NCBI GenBank assembly: GCA_030390025.1
Contig: CM059432.1
Location: 186,001 to 250,000, forward strand
Direction: 5' to 3'
Source of the DNA: Squalus acanthias
Lineage: Eukaryota
DNA length: 64,000 nucleotides
The notes below the pieces were generated by a model. The model worked only from the letters and a program-made list of their open reading frames with translations. It did no database searches and had not been told where the DNA came from. Below, piece by piece: positions 33,369 to 46,591 of the stretch (within the stretch, counting starts at the first letter, position 1; every line of letters begins with the position of its first letter). Both the position numbers and the translations under genes were made by a program.

Positions 33369-36300
33369 TTTGTCAGGGGGCTGGGAGCCTAAGTGTGGGC
33401 CCAGAACGGAGAGAAACAAAGCTGGAAGTGCAAGTTAGAAAAGTAGTCAGCAAAACTAGTAGGGAGCAGAAACAAAGGCCAACAGTAAAGAGGGACAAAG
33501 TGCAGAAAAATATTAAACAGGCAAAGTTGAAGGCATTTTATCTAAATGCATGTAGCATTTGCAACAAGGTGGATGAATTAATGGCATTAATAGAAGTAAA
33601 TGGGTATGATGTAATTGCCATTACAGAGACATGGTTGCAGGGTAACCAAAGCTGGGAACTGAATGTTCCAGGGTACTCAACATTTAGGAAGGACAGACAA
33701 AAAGGAAAAAGAGGTGGCGTAGCGCTGCTAATAAGGGATGAGATCGGTACGGTAGAGATAAAAGATCTTGGCTTTGCAGATCGTGATGCAGAACTGGAAT
33801 CAGTTTCGGTGGAGCTAAGAAACAGCAAAGGGCGGAAAACATTGGTGGGAGTTGTGTATAGGCCACCAAACAGTAATGGTAATGTAGGGCACAGTATCAA
33901 TCAAGAGATTAGAAGTGCATGTAACAAGGGCAATACGGTAATCATGGGGGACTTTAATCTACATATTGACTGGGCAAATCAAATTACCACTAATGGTGTG
34001 GAGGACGAATTCTTGGAATGCATGCGAGATGGTTTCCTGGATCAGTATGTGGAGGAACCAACCAGGGAACAGGCTATTCTGGATCTGGTACTGTGTAATG
34101 AGAAAGGGCTAATCAATAATCTTGTGGTAAAGGGGCCTTTAGGGACAAGTGACCATAATATGATTGAATTTTACATTAAGTTTGAGAGTGATGTAGTCCA
34201 ATCTGAAACTAAGGTCTTCAATCTAAACAGAGGAAACTACAAGGGTATGAGGGACAAGTTGGCCATGATAGATTGGGAGTCTACACTAAAAGGTATGAAG
34301 GTGGACATACAATGGCTAACATTCAAGGAAATAATGCATAATTTGCAACAAACATATATTCCTCTAGGGCATAAAAACCCAAAAGGAAAAGTGATCCAAC
34401 CATGGCTAACAAAAGAAATTAAAGCTAGTATTAAGTCAAAGGAGGAAGCTTATAAAGTTGCCAGAAAAAGCGGTCAGCCTGAGGATTGGGATCTTTTTAG
34501 AAATCAGCAAAAGGGGGAGCAAGAAATTGATAAAGAAAGGGAAAATGGAATATGAGCACAAACTGGCGAAGAATATAAAAACGGATTGTAAAAGCTTCTA
34601 TAGGTATGTGAAAAGGAAAAGACTGGCGAAGGTAAATGTAGGTCCTTTACAGTCAGAGACGGGAGAATTTATAATGGGGAATGAGGAAATGGCTGTGAAA
34701 TTAAATAAATACTTTGTTTCTGTCTTCACGGAGTCAGACACAAAAAACCTCCCAGAAATACGAGAAAATCAAGGGTGTGACGAGAATGAGGAACTTAAAG
34801 AAATTATCATTAGTAAAAAAACAGTACTAGCAAAATTAATGGGACTAAAAGTCGATTAATCCCAAGGACTGGAAGACCTATTTCCTAGGGTTTTGAAAGA
34901 GGTGGCCATTGGAATGGTGGACGCATTGGTTGTCATCTTCCAAAATTCTATAGATTCTGGAACGGTTCCTGCAGATTGGAGGATAGCAAATGTAACCCAG
35001 CTATTTAAGAAAGGAGGGAGAGAGAAAACGGGGAACTACAGACCTGTTATAAAGGATGCAATAATTGGGCACTTAGAAACTAATAGTAAGATTGGGCAGA
35101 GTCAACATGAATTTATGAAAGGGAAATCCTGTTGGACAAACCTATTGGAGTTCTTTGAGGATGGAACTAGTGGAGAAGACAAAGGGGAACTGGTAGATGT
35201 GGTGTATCTGGATTTTCAGAAAGCCTTCGATAAGGTCCCACACAAGAGGTTGGTGAACAAAATTAGGGCACATGGAATTGGGGGTAATATACTAGCATAG
35301 ATTGAGAATTGGTTAACAGACAGAAAACAAAGAGTAGGGATAAACGAGTCTTTTTCAGGATGGCAGGCTGTGACTTGTGGGGTACCGCAAGGATCAGTGC
35401 TTGGGCCCCAGCTATTCACAATTTATATCAATGATTTGGATGAGGGGACTAAATGTAACATTTCCAAATTTGCTGATGATACAAAGCTAGGTGGCAGTGT
35501 CAGTTGCGAAGAGGATGTGAAGAGGCTTCAAGGGGATCTCGACAGGTTCAGTGAGTGGGCGAGAACATGGCAGATGGAATATAATGTGGATAAATGTGAA
35601 GTTATCCACTTTGGTAGAAAAAACAGAAAGGCAGAGTATTTCCTAAATGGTGAAAGATTGGGGAATGCAGATGCTCAAAGGGACCTGGGTGTCCTTGTAC
35701 ATGAGTCATTGAAAGTGAATGTGCAGGTGCAGCAAACCATTAGGAAGGCAAATGGTATGCTGGCCTTCATTACAAGAGAATTTGAGTAAAGGAGTAAAGA
35801 AGTCTTACTCCAATTATATAGGGCCTTGGTGAGACCACACCTGGAGTACAGTGTACAATTTTGGTCTCCTTACCTAAGGAAGTATATACTTACCATAGAG
35901 GGAGTGCAACGAAGGTTCACGAGATTGATTCCTGGGATGGCGGGACTGTCGTATGAGAAGAGATTGAGTAAACTAGGCCTGTATTCTCTTGAATTCAGAA
36001 GAATGAGAGGGGATCTCATTGAAGCATACAAAATTATTACAGGGCTTGATAGGGTGGATGCTGGGAGAATGTTTCGCTTGGCTGGGAGTCTAGAACCAGG
36101 GGCCACAGCCTTAGAATAAAGGGTCAGCCATTCAGGACTGAGATGAGAAGAAATGTCTTCACACAGAGGGTGGTGAATCTTTGGAATTCTCTACCCCAGA
36201 GGGCTGTGGAGGCTCAGTCATTGGGTATATTCAAAACAGAAGTCGATAGATTTCTGACTAGTAAGGGCATCAAGGGATATGGCGATAGGGCCGCTGAATG

Positions 36301-36759
36301 GAGTTGAGGCAGAAGATCAGCCATGATCTCATTGAATGGCGGAGCAGGCTCGAAGGGCCGAATGGCCGACTCCTGCTCCTATTTTTCTATGTTTCTATGT
36401 TTCAGTGAAACTTCCCTCAAACAAGAGTTCCTGACCGACCTGTTCTTGAATCCTTTCAGGAGTTTTGTGAAGAGTCACTTATTTCTTTGCACAAGCTTCT
36501 CTCATAGAGAATACTCAGACATTTGGAGCAGAAGATAAGACATGCTTTCCCTGCCGCACCCCCGCTGCTATCCTGTTCACCTCGGAAAGCCAGTTGCTCC
36601 AAGCCACAAGGAAGTTCGATTATTAAGAATATAAGAATTAGGAGCAGGAGTCGGCCATTCGACCCCTCGAGCCTGCTCCGCCATTTAATGAGATCATAGC
36701 TGATCTTTGACCTCAACTCCACTTTCCCGCCCGATCTCCATATCCCTTTGATTCCCTTA

Positions 36760-37575
36760 GGGGCCAAAATTCGGTTGGTTAGAGCCTCCTGTTAGAGCCT
36801 CCGGGGGGCGCTAACGGGGCACTCTAACAGGGCGCTAGGAACTTAGTGCCCGAGCGCGGTCATTTTAGCCCCATTCGCGAAATTGACCAGTCATTTTGCG
36901 GCGACGCTAAACACTACCGTCACAATCTCCTGCGCCCACAAATCGTGACGTCAGTCAAGCGTGCAACGCCCTGGTAGCATCCCAGACCGGATATTGAGTC
37001 GCGCCCCCTGCCTTAGCGCCTGCCGCTAGGAACGACAGGTAGAGGGGATCGTTTTCAAGTCGGGAGGGGGCTGGGGGAGCGCTATTTAAAGGCGGGCGCT
37101 TCCTGCCTTTTCTTGTCGGCAAAATGTTTGGTTTTAACGCTGTCCTAAGGAGTTTTGGCCCTCAGCACCACTTTTGAGGTTCCTAAGTGCCGAGCTCTTT
37201 CCCTGGGCCTATCCATTAGTGCTTCCAACACAATTGCGTTTGAGGTCTCTCCAGGCCGAGATTGAAGGCTGCAATGAGCAGGGTGTGGCTGGCCAGCAAG
37301 ACGGCCCCTCCCCTTTAAGAACTGGACGGCGCCAGTCTGTCTGGCTTCCATGGTTACTGACATCGCCTGAGCTTCGGTAGCCTTCTGAGGTAGCGCCTCG
37401 CTCCCCGAAGTTTGCGCCTTAAGAGAGGTGTGTCGCGCCTGATTTAGCGCTCAAATCACCTCCAGGGGCGATAGAGACGAATTTTGCAGTCGGAGGTGAT
37501 AATTAGCGCCGGACGCTAAACTTTGCGCCCAGCCAATATTAGTGCCCCAAAATGGCCGATACCCAAGTACTCCCC
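36760..37575. mobile_element. GC-rich MITE-like element related to the 893-bp family, splitting a CR1 3' fragment
   Basis: Starts GGGGCCAAAATT; shares internal blocks (ccaggccgagatt, gcgccttaagagagg) with the MITE; CR1 resumes at 37576. Confidence 0.6.
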
Positions 37576-37890
37576 CGAGAGTCCATAAATCTATCGATCT
37601 CAGCCTTGAATATACTCAACGATTCAACATCCACAGCCCTCTGGGGCAGAGAATTCCAAAGATTCACCACACTCTGAGTGAAGAAATTTCTCCTCGTCTC
37701 GATCTTAAATTGCTGACCCCTTATCCTGAGACTATGCCCCCTAGTTCTAGACACTCCAGCCAGGGTAAACATCCTCTCAGCATCTACCCTGTCAATCCCC
37801 TTCAGAATCTTGTATGTTTCAATGAGATTACTACTCATACTTCTAAACTCCAGAGAGTACAGGCCCATTCTACACAATCTCTCATCATAG

Positions 37891-39087
37891 ATGAGAAGTC
37901 GCACAACACCAGGTTATAGTCCAACAGTTTTATTTAAAATTACGAGCTTTCGGAGCTGCTGCTCCTTCGTCAGGTAGAGGTACAGTGAGGGAATCTAATA
38001 CACAGTATATATACACAGAGAGCGTCTGCAGAGATACAATCCATCAGGAAGGCATTCGGAATCTTGTCTGCTTTCTTGCATCTCTGTAGATACTTGGGGG
38101 TAAAAATTCAGTTGGTTGCGCCTCCCGTTGGCGTCTTAAGAGGGCGCTAATGGGGCGCAAAGCCGCTAACGCCCGGGCGCAGCGATGTTTGCGCCGCTCG
38201 GGAACATAACTTGACATTGTGCGGCGGCGCTAAAACTTACCGCTGCGACCACCTGCGCGCGCAGATTGTGACGTCATTCCATGGTGCAACGCCCTTGTGC
38301 CGCCCCGGAGCGGAAATTGAGTGGCGCCCCCTACCTTACCGCCTGTCGCTTCCAACGACCAGAAGACTGGAACGCTATCAATCGCTGTGGGGCTGGGGGG
38401 GGCGCTATTTAAAGGGGGCCTCTTCGTGTCTTGTATTGTTGGTGGCATTTTTGAACTACGCATTCTGAGAGAGAGAGGGAGAGACTTCTGGAGAGATTCA
38501 ACATTGTGTGAAGGAGTTTTGGGTACTGAGCAGCACTTTGCAGGTTCATTTTGATTTGCCATTCCTTGTATCGATTTAGCAGAGACTGTGGGAGCTGCAC
38601 TCTGAGCTCTTTGCCTGGTACTCTCCATTGTTCTTTCCAGCACATTTGATGTGCAAGTCTCTCCAGGCCGAGATTCAAGGCTGCAATGAACAGGATGTGG
38701 ATGGAAAGCAAGATTAACCATCCCCTTTAAGAACTGGCCCGTGCCATTGTGTGTGTGTTCCATTGCTGACTGACATTACATGAGCTTCGCCAGCGCTCTG
38801 AGTTAGTGCCTCACTCCTTGGCCTTTGCGCCTTAAGACAGGTGTGCAGCGCCTGATTTAGCGCTCCACTCACCTCCCGGGGCGGTAAAAGTGAAGTTTCC
38901 AGTCAGTGCCGATAATTAGCGCCAGGCGCTAATATTTGCGTCCAGACGATATTTGCGCCCCAAATGGGGCGCGACCTAATTTCTACCCCTTGATGTCTGT
39001 GTCAATATGCGCGATCTTCTTGGAGATTCTCTCCACTTTGAGCCGGCAGTTTGTGGTGTCAATAGTGGTCATGATGCGGATCCGCAT
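37891..39087 (-). mobile_element. Penelope-like fragment inserted in CR1, itself split by MITE copy 3
   Basis: Reading frame ...KKIAHIDTDIK|YLQRCKKADKIP continues across the MITE; hammerhead-like end; TCTCTCATCATAG duplicated at both junctions. Confidence 0.65.
38097..38989. mobile_element. MITE copy 3 (893 bp)
   Basis: GGGGTAAAAATT...AATTTCTACCCC; 3-bp TSD TTG. Confidence 0.85.
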
Positions 39088-41493
39088 CACTCTCTCATCA
39101 TAGGACAGCCCTCTCATCCCAGGAATCAATCTAGTGAACCTTCGTTGCACCGCCTCCAAGGCAAGTATATCCCTCCTTAGATAAAGAGACCAAAACTGTG
39201 CACAGTACTCCGGGTGTGGTCTCACCAAGGCCCTGTACAATTGTAGTAAGACTTCCTTACTCTTATTCTCCAACCCCCTTGCAATAAAGGCCAACATGCC
39301 ATTTGCTTGCTGTACCTGCATGCTAACTTTCTGTGTTTCCTGTACGAGGACACCCAGATCTCTCTGAGCACCAACATTGAACAGTTTCTCACCATTTAAA
39401 AAAGATTCTGTTTTTCTATTCGTCCAAACAAAGTGAATAACCTCACATTGATTATTAACCCTTAACTCTCCAGGATGTCCAACAGGGATTCTCTACGCCA
39501 GTCTCCCTGCCTCCCCCACCCCCCACTTTCGCAGAACGTGGGCCACAGAAGCTTGCCACCCATTTCCCCCTCACTTCCGCCTCACTTTCATGAAGTCTTA
39601 ATCGTGCCCGTATAAAGCTGGCCTCTGGGTTGCTAGACACTGCTCCGAAGGTGGAAGAAATCTAAGGGGAAAATCTCTCAGACGCCTCCTTTCTCGGGTG
39701 ACAGGCTCAAGTCTCATAACTCAGAACCCTGACACCGGGGATTAGCATCGAGATTCTTCTCTACAGAGTAAGATATCGGACAGGAGGTGAATCCTGAAGT
39801 ACGGTAGCCTTGTGGTGATGTTACTGGACTAATAATCCACAGGACATGAGTTCAAACCCCACCGTGGTTCTTAAACATAAGAACATAAGAAATAGGAGCA
39901 GGAGTCGGCCATTCGGCCCCTCGAGCCTGCTCCGCCATTCAATAAGATCATGGCTGATCATTGACCTCATCTCCACTTTCCTGCACTATCCCCATATCCC
40001 TTGATTCCCTGAATATTCAAATATCTATCGATCTCAGTCTTGAATATACTCAATGACTGAGCCTCCACAGCCCTCTGGGGTAGAGAATTCCAAAGATTCA
40101 CCACCCTCTGAGTGAAGAAATGTCTCCTCATCTCAGTCCTAAATGGCCGACCCCTTATTCTGAGACTGTGACCCCTGGTTCTAGACTCCGCAGCCAGGGG
40201 AAACATCCTCCCTGCATCTATCCTGTAAGAATTTTGTATGTTTCAATGAGATCACCTCTCATTCTTCTAAACTCCAGAGAATATAGGCCTAGTCTGCTCA
40301 ATCTGTCATCATAGGACAATCTCCCCATCCCAGGAACCAGTCTGGTGAACCTTCCTTGCACTCCCTCTATGGCAAGTATATCCTTCCTTAGGTAAACATG
40401 ACCAAGAATCTGTCAGATTGTCGTAAAAGCCCAACTGATTCACTAATGTCCCTTTAGGGAAGGAAACCTGCCGTCCTTACCCGGTCTGGGCCTATAGGTG
40501 ACTCCAGTCCCACACTAACCTGCTTGACCCTGAACTGCCCCATGAAGTAGCCCAGCGAGACACTCAGTTGTATCAGACCTGCTATTGGGGAACTGGGGAT
40601 GGGCAAAAGACGTCGGCCTTGCCAGCGACGCCCACATCCCGAGAATGAATAAATAAATAAAAAGTGCTTGAGAGCGAGTTGAGAGGAATTGTGAATGACA
40701 AAAGGAAAATGTTAAATCACAACAGAAAATGCCGGGAACACTCAGCAGGTCAGGCAGCATCGAGGAGAGAGAGAAACAGAGTCAACGTTTCCAGTCGGGG
40801 AACCTTCGTCAGAAGGAAAATGTTAGTTTGGCTAAAGGAAGACAAAGCATCAGGAGCTGATGGGATTAATCCTGGGATCCTGAGGGAGATTGAGGAGATA
40901 ATTGGAGATTATATTACTGGGTCTACTGAGTGTGGATGTGTGCCCAAGGACTGGAGAGTGATCAATGTATTACATAGAATGTACAGCACAGAAAGAGGCC
41001 ATTCGGCCCAACTGGTCCGTGCCGGTGTTTCTGCTTCACACGAGCCTCCTCCCACCCCTCTTCATCTCACCCCATCACCATACCCTCTATTCCTTTCTCC
41101 CTCATGTGCTTGTCTAGCCTCCTATTAAATGCATCTTTACTATTCGCCTCAACCACTCCCTGTGATAGTGAGTTCCACATTCTCACCACTCTCTGGGTAA
41201 AGAAGTTTCTCCTGAATTCCCTATTGGATTTATTAGTGACTGTCTTATATTTATGGCCCCTAGTTCTGGTCTCTCCCAACAAGTTGAAACATCTTCTCTA
41301 CATCTTCCCCATCAAACCCTTTCATTACGTTAAAGACCTCGATCAGGAGTGAAGGTGAAGAGAGTCAGTGAACTGAGAAGTGAGAATCAGGCAGCTAAAT
41401 GTTTAAATCTCATTGGTTGGCTGCCTCATGAGCTGATATTTGGGTTGGAACCTCATGCTCTGGAAAGGCGGAGGGACGAGGAGGCGAAACATA

Positions 41494-42058
41494 ACATAAG
41501 AACATAAGAAGTAGGAGCAGGAGTCGGCCATACGGCCCCTCGGGCCTGCTCCGCCATTCAATAGGATCATGGCTGATCCGAACCTAGACTCACGTCCACT
41601 TCCCTGCCCGCTCCCCATAACCCTTCATTCCCTTATCAGCTAGGAAACTGTCTATCTCCGTTTTAAATTTATTTAATGTCGCAGCTTCCACAGCTCTCTG
41701 AGGTAGAAAATTCCACAGATTTACTACCCTCTGAGTGAAGAAGTTTCTCCTCATCTCAGTTTTGAAACGGCAGCCCCTTATTCTAAGATTATGCTCCCTC
41801 GTTCTAGTCTCACCCATCAGTGGAAACATCCTCCCCGCATCCACCCGATCAAGCCCTCTCACAATCTTATATGTTTCGAGAAGATCGCCTCTCATTCTTC
41901 TGTATTCCAATGACTAGAGGCCCAACCTACTCAACCTTTCCTCATAAATCAATCCCTCATCTCCGGAATCAACCAAGTGAACCTTCTCTGAACTGCCTCT
42001 AGAGCAAGTATATCTTTTCTTAAATATTGAAACCAAAACTGTACGCAGTATTCCATAT
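41494..42058 (-). mobile_element. CR1 insertion 'A' (same insertion as 1925-2490)
   Basis: Identical junctions. Confidence 0.9.
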
Positions 42059-42243
42059 TGTGTGTGGAGTCTGGGATCAGGAGTTGGAGCAGAATTCTCT
42101 TTAAGAAGGTCGAGTGAAGCCTGGCTTTAATTTGGTGACTGGTTGGTCTAAACTGTGCTGTGTGGTTTGGGTCTGTGTTCTTGTGTCTTTACTAACGGAG
42201 GATCCTCCCTCTCTGTTTCACTCATTCCTGCAGGTTTTAAACC

Positions 42244-42366
42244 ATGGCGGCTGTGAGGGCAACCCTGGTTATGGACAATGGATCTGGAATAACTAAGGCC
42301 GGGTATGCAGGGGACGATGGCCCCTGTGTTTCATTTCCCTCCATCGTGGGGCGTCCTCAAGAACAG
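42244..42366 (+). pseudogene. Actin-like gene copy 3, coding exon 1; exon 2 not seen in the window
   Basis: [47 protein letters not shown]; intron similarity to copy 2 ends at ~43305. Confidence 0.7.
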
Positions 42367-43609
42367 GTGAGTCCTACAACGAGACATTGGAAGGAGATTC
42401 AATCCTTTGCTTTGGGTGTAAGGTGGGGGCTGGGTCTGCCTTTCCATATTTCAAACAGCCAGCTGAATGTTAATGTATCGTCCCGGGGCTGAGATCAACC
42501 TTAACCCTCGCTGGCTCTTGCTCTTGCAGTGAGCAATGTCCACAGTGTGTGCGTGTCCCTTTCCCCTGTTGTGGTGGTTTTTAGATATCAGTGCGGGGCT
42601 GTTCCAGTTTGGGTTTTTACTCGAACCCTACTCCTTGACCCCAGTTTCTCAAAAAACAGGCTGCATCTCTGATGAAGTGAATGCTAGGGCTTGGTTCAAT
42701 TGGATTGCGGCCAGAACAAATAAACCAAACCACATGTTGGTCATGTGTTAGAGGACTGGTGTGCGTGGAAGGTTGGCAGTGAGGGCGCGATTTCCTGCCC
42801 CTTTCTTCAGTGGCGAGGACAATCCGGTGGGTGAGGAGAATCCGGCGGGCGATCTGCTCTCACCAGTTTCCATCCTTGCCAAAGTTGAAAATGACTCCCA
42901 ATTTGCATTGGCTCTTTTCTACCCTCTCCGTTCCAATCAACTCTACGTTGCTTTGTAAGTTTTGCTATTTAACTATAAGATGAAATTAAAGTATTGCTCC
43001 TCGATCTCCTGTTGCACTGCACACGGGCCGGCAAGACCAAGCGTCATCTTCAGATTAAGTGGGCAATGTGGACATAGATTCCAATGTCTACATTGAAACC
43101 TCATCCTCGTTTTCAAATCTCTCCAGGGCCCCGCCCCTCCCTATCTCTGTCCCCTCCTCCAGTCCCACAACCCTCCGAGATCTCTGCACTCCTCCAATTC
43201 TGGCCTCTTGAGCATCCCCCGATTTTAATCGCTCCACCATTGGCGGCCGTGTCTTCAGCTGCCTGGGCCCCGAGCTCTGGAATTCCCTCCCTAAACCTCT
43301 CCCTCTCTCTCCTCCTTGAAGATGCTCCTTAAAACCTACCTCTTTGAACAAGCTTTTGGTCGCCTGTCCTTATATCTCCTTATATGGCTCGGTGTCAAAT
43401 CTTGTTTGATAATCGCTCCTGTGAAGCACCTTGGGACGTTTTACTATGTTAAAGGCGCTGTATAAATACAAGTTGTTGTTGTTGTTGATAATGGAGATTG
43501 CCTACGTAACTCTGTCACAGTAATTCTCCTTGTTCTAATATAACATTTCCTGTCTGCCAGTTCATTCCTTCAAGTAACTCCTCTCATTGCTGGCGCATAG
43601 TTTCACCAT

Positions 43610-45040
43610 GTCAGCTGTGGCTCAGTGGGCAGCACTCTCGCCTCTGAGTCACATGGTTGTGGGTTCGAGTCCCACTCCAGAGACTTGAACACATAATCCA
43701 GGCCGACACTCCCAGTACAGTACTGAGGGAGCTCCGCACTGTCGGAGGGGCAGTACTGAGGTAGCGCTGCACTGTCGGAGGGGCAGTACTGAGGGAGTGC
43801 CGCACTGTCGGAGGGGCAGTACTGAGGGAGCGCTGTACTGTCGGAGGGGCAGTACTGAGGGAGCGCCGCACTGTCGGAGGGGCAGTACTGAGGGAGCACC
43901 GCACTGTCGGAGGGGCAGTACTGAGGGAGCACCGCACTGTCGGAGGGGCAGTACCGAGGGAGCACCGCACTGTCGGAGGAGCAGTACTGAGGGAGCGCCG
44001 CACTGTCTGAGGGGCAGTACCGAGGGAGCGCCGCACTGTCGGAGGGGCAGTAACGAGGGAGCACCGCACTGTCGGAGGGGCAGTACTGAGGGAGCGCTGC
44101 ACTGTCGGAGGGGCAGTACTGAGGGAGTGCTGCACTGTCGGAGGGGCAGTACTGAGGGAGCGCCGCACGGTCGGAGGGGCAGTACTGAGGGCGCGCCGCA
44201 CTGTTGGAGGGGCAGTACTGAGAGAGTGCTGCACTGTCGGAGGGGCGGTACTCAGGGTGCGCTGCACTGTCGGAGGGGCAGTACTGAGGGAGCGCTGCAC
44301 TGTCGCAGGAGCAGTACTGAGGGAGCGCCGCACTGTCGGAGGGGCAGTACTTAGAGAGCGCCGCACTGTCGGAGGGGCAGTACTGAGGGAGCGCCGCACT
44401 GTCGGAGAGGCAGTACTGAGGGAGCGCCAGACTATCGGAGGGGCAGTACTGAGGGAGCGCCGCACTGTCGGAGGGGCAGTACTGAGGGAGTACTGCACTG
44501 TCGCAGGGGCAGTACTGAGGGAGCGCTGCACTGTCGCAGGGGCAGTACTGAGGGAGCGCCGCACTGTCGCAGGGGCAGTACTGAGGGAGCGCCGCACTGT
44601 CGCAGGGGCAGTACTGAGGGAGCGCTGCACTGTCGCAGGGGCAGTACTGAGGGAGCGCTGCACTGTCGCAGGGGCAGTACTGAGGGAGTACTGCACTGTC
44701 GGAGGTGCTGTCTTTCGGATGAGACGTTAATCCGAGGCCCTGCCTGCTCTCTCAGGTGGATGTAAAAGATCCCATGGCTTTATTTTGAAGAAGAGCAGGG
44801 GAGTTCTCCCCGGTGTCCGCGGCCAATATTTATCCCTCAACCAACATTACTGAAACAGATTATTTGGTCATTTAGTTGATTGCTGTTTGTGGGAGCTTGC
44901 TGTGCGCAAATTGGCTGCCGCGTTTCCCAAATTACAACAGTGACTACACTTCAAAAAATTACTTCATTGGCTGTAAAGCCCTTTCGGACATCCGGTGGTC
45001 GTGAAAGGCGCTATAGAAATGTAAGTCTTTCTTTCTTTCA
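43610..45040 (+). mobile_element. tRNA-derived SINE (Deu-domain-like) with an internally expanded 33-bp minisatellite (43717-44705)
   Basis: A box TGGCTCAGTGG, B box GGTTCGAGTCC, body TCTTTCGGATGAGACGTT, tail AAAGGCGCTATAGAAATG-(TCTT)n. Confidence 0.8.
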
Positions 45041-46039
45041 TGTCCCCATTGTCTCTGTGAGTTCACCTCAATATCTTCCAATCGTGCTTGGTAAAAGTGT
45101 GCAATTTCTCGCAGCATTGTTATAAAACTCGACATACCTTCAATTACATCATTCAGATCACGAAAGATGCAGAAGAAAATATTTAACAGCGCGGGAATCA
45201 TTTCGAATCGTTATAAAAATAGCTTGATGTGTCCACGTGACTAAATTCATTCACAGTTTCTTCATAAACATGGTTTGCGTCTTTTCCTGCGCCTCCCATT
45301 TGAAAGTATTAATTGTACTAGCATCAGTTTTTCGATCAAGTTCACACCATCTGCACGCGAGCCTGCGTGTAGGGTAACCTCCTTCGTACCCTCAAGTCTG
45401 TGCAGAAAAATGGAACGTTCAAAAGTTCTTGCTCCCCATTGTTCCTTCAGTGTGCCCACACACGGAATCCCCACTTTTTCAATGTTTTGCCATCCAAGGT
45501 GTCAATAGTACTGTTTCCTTTTCGACAACAACAACAACTTGTATTTATATAGCGCCTTTATATAACGTCCCAAGGTGCTTCACAGGAGCGATTATCAAAC
45601 AAAATTTGACACCGAACCACATAAGGAGACATCAGGGCAGGTGACCAAAAGCTTGGTCAAAGAGAGAGGTTCTAAGGAGCGTCTTAAAGAAGGAGAGAGA
45701 GGTAAAGAGGCGGAGAGGTTTAGGCAGGGAATTCCAGAGCTTAGGGTCCAGGCAGCTGAAGGCACGGCCACCAATGGTGGAGCGATTATAATCAGGGACG
45801 CTCAAGAGGCCAGAATTAGTGGAGCCTTTCTTAAAGAATGCCACACCCAGATAGGCCTGCAGGACTTGACCAGAGATGACATGAGAACCATCAGGTCTCC
45901 ACTCATTGCAATGTTCATGATGCTCCTTCTTCATACCTGAACCCGTGGCTAGGCTTAGAAGCATCTCACCTGTGAAAAACAGAACAACACCATCGGTAGT
46001 TCTAGGAATCTCTGATGAATTTAGTCTATTGCTGTCAAT

Positions 46040-46591
46040 CATAAGAACATAAGAAATAGGAGCAGGAGTAGGCCATTTGGCCCCTCGAGCCTGCTCCGCC
46101 ATTCAATAAGATCATGGCTGATCTTCTACCTCATCTCCACTTTCCTGCACTATCCCCATATCCCTTAATTACCTTAGTTCCCCAAAATCTATTGATCTCT
46201 GTCTTGAATATACTCAACGACTGAGCCTCCACAGCCCTCTGGGGCAGAGAATTCCAAAGATTCATCACCCTCTGAGTGAAGAAATTTCTCCTCATCTCAG
46301 TCCTAAATGGCCGACCCCTTATCCTGAGACTGTGACCCCTGGTTCTAGACTCCCCAGCCAGGGGAAACAACCTCCCTGCATCTACCCTGTCAAGCCCTGT
46401 AAGAATTTTGTATGTTTCAATGAGATCACCTCTCATTCTTCTAACTCCAGAGAATATAGACCTAGTCTACTCAATCTCTCCTCATAGGACAATCCCCCCA
46501 TCCCAGGAACCAGTCTGGTGAACCTTTGTTGTACTCCCTCTATGGCAAGTTTATCCTTAGTGAGGTAAGGAGACCAGGACTGGAGACAATA
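46040..46591 (-). mobile_element. CR1 3' fragment
   Basis: ORF 46131..46436. Confidence 0.88.

Larger units (their letters stand above)
31562..36401 (+). mobile_element. Near full-length CR1 LINE (tandem-repeat 5' UTR, ORF1, disrupted ORF2)
   Basis: ORF1 at 32418; ORF2 APE motifs ITETW, GDFN, SDH and RT motifs, with frameshifts and stops; (TTTCTATG) tail. Confidence 0.92.
39571..42730 (+). repeat. Segmental duplicate of window 1-~3165 (unit 3 of the actin array)
   Basis: tcacttccgcctcactttca at 1 and 39571; colinear and highly similar. Confidence 0.95.

Noticed and set aside
43612..43680. tRNA gene
   Set aside because: A and B boxes are present but run directly into a SINE body; no proper acceptor stem.
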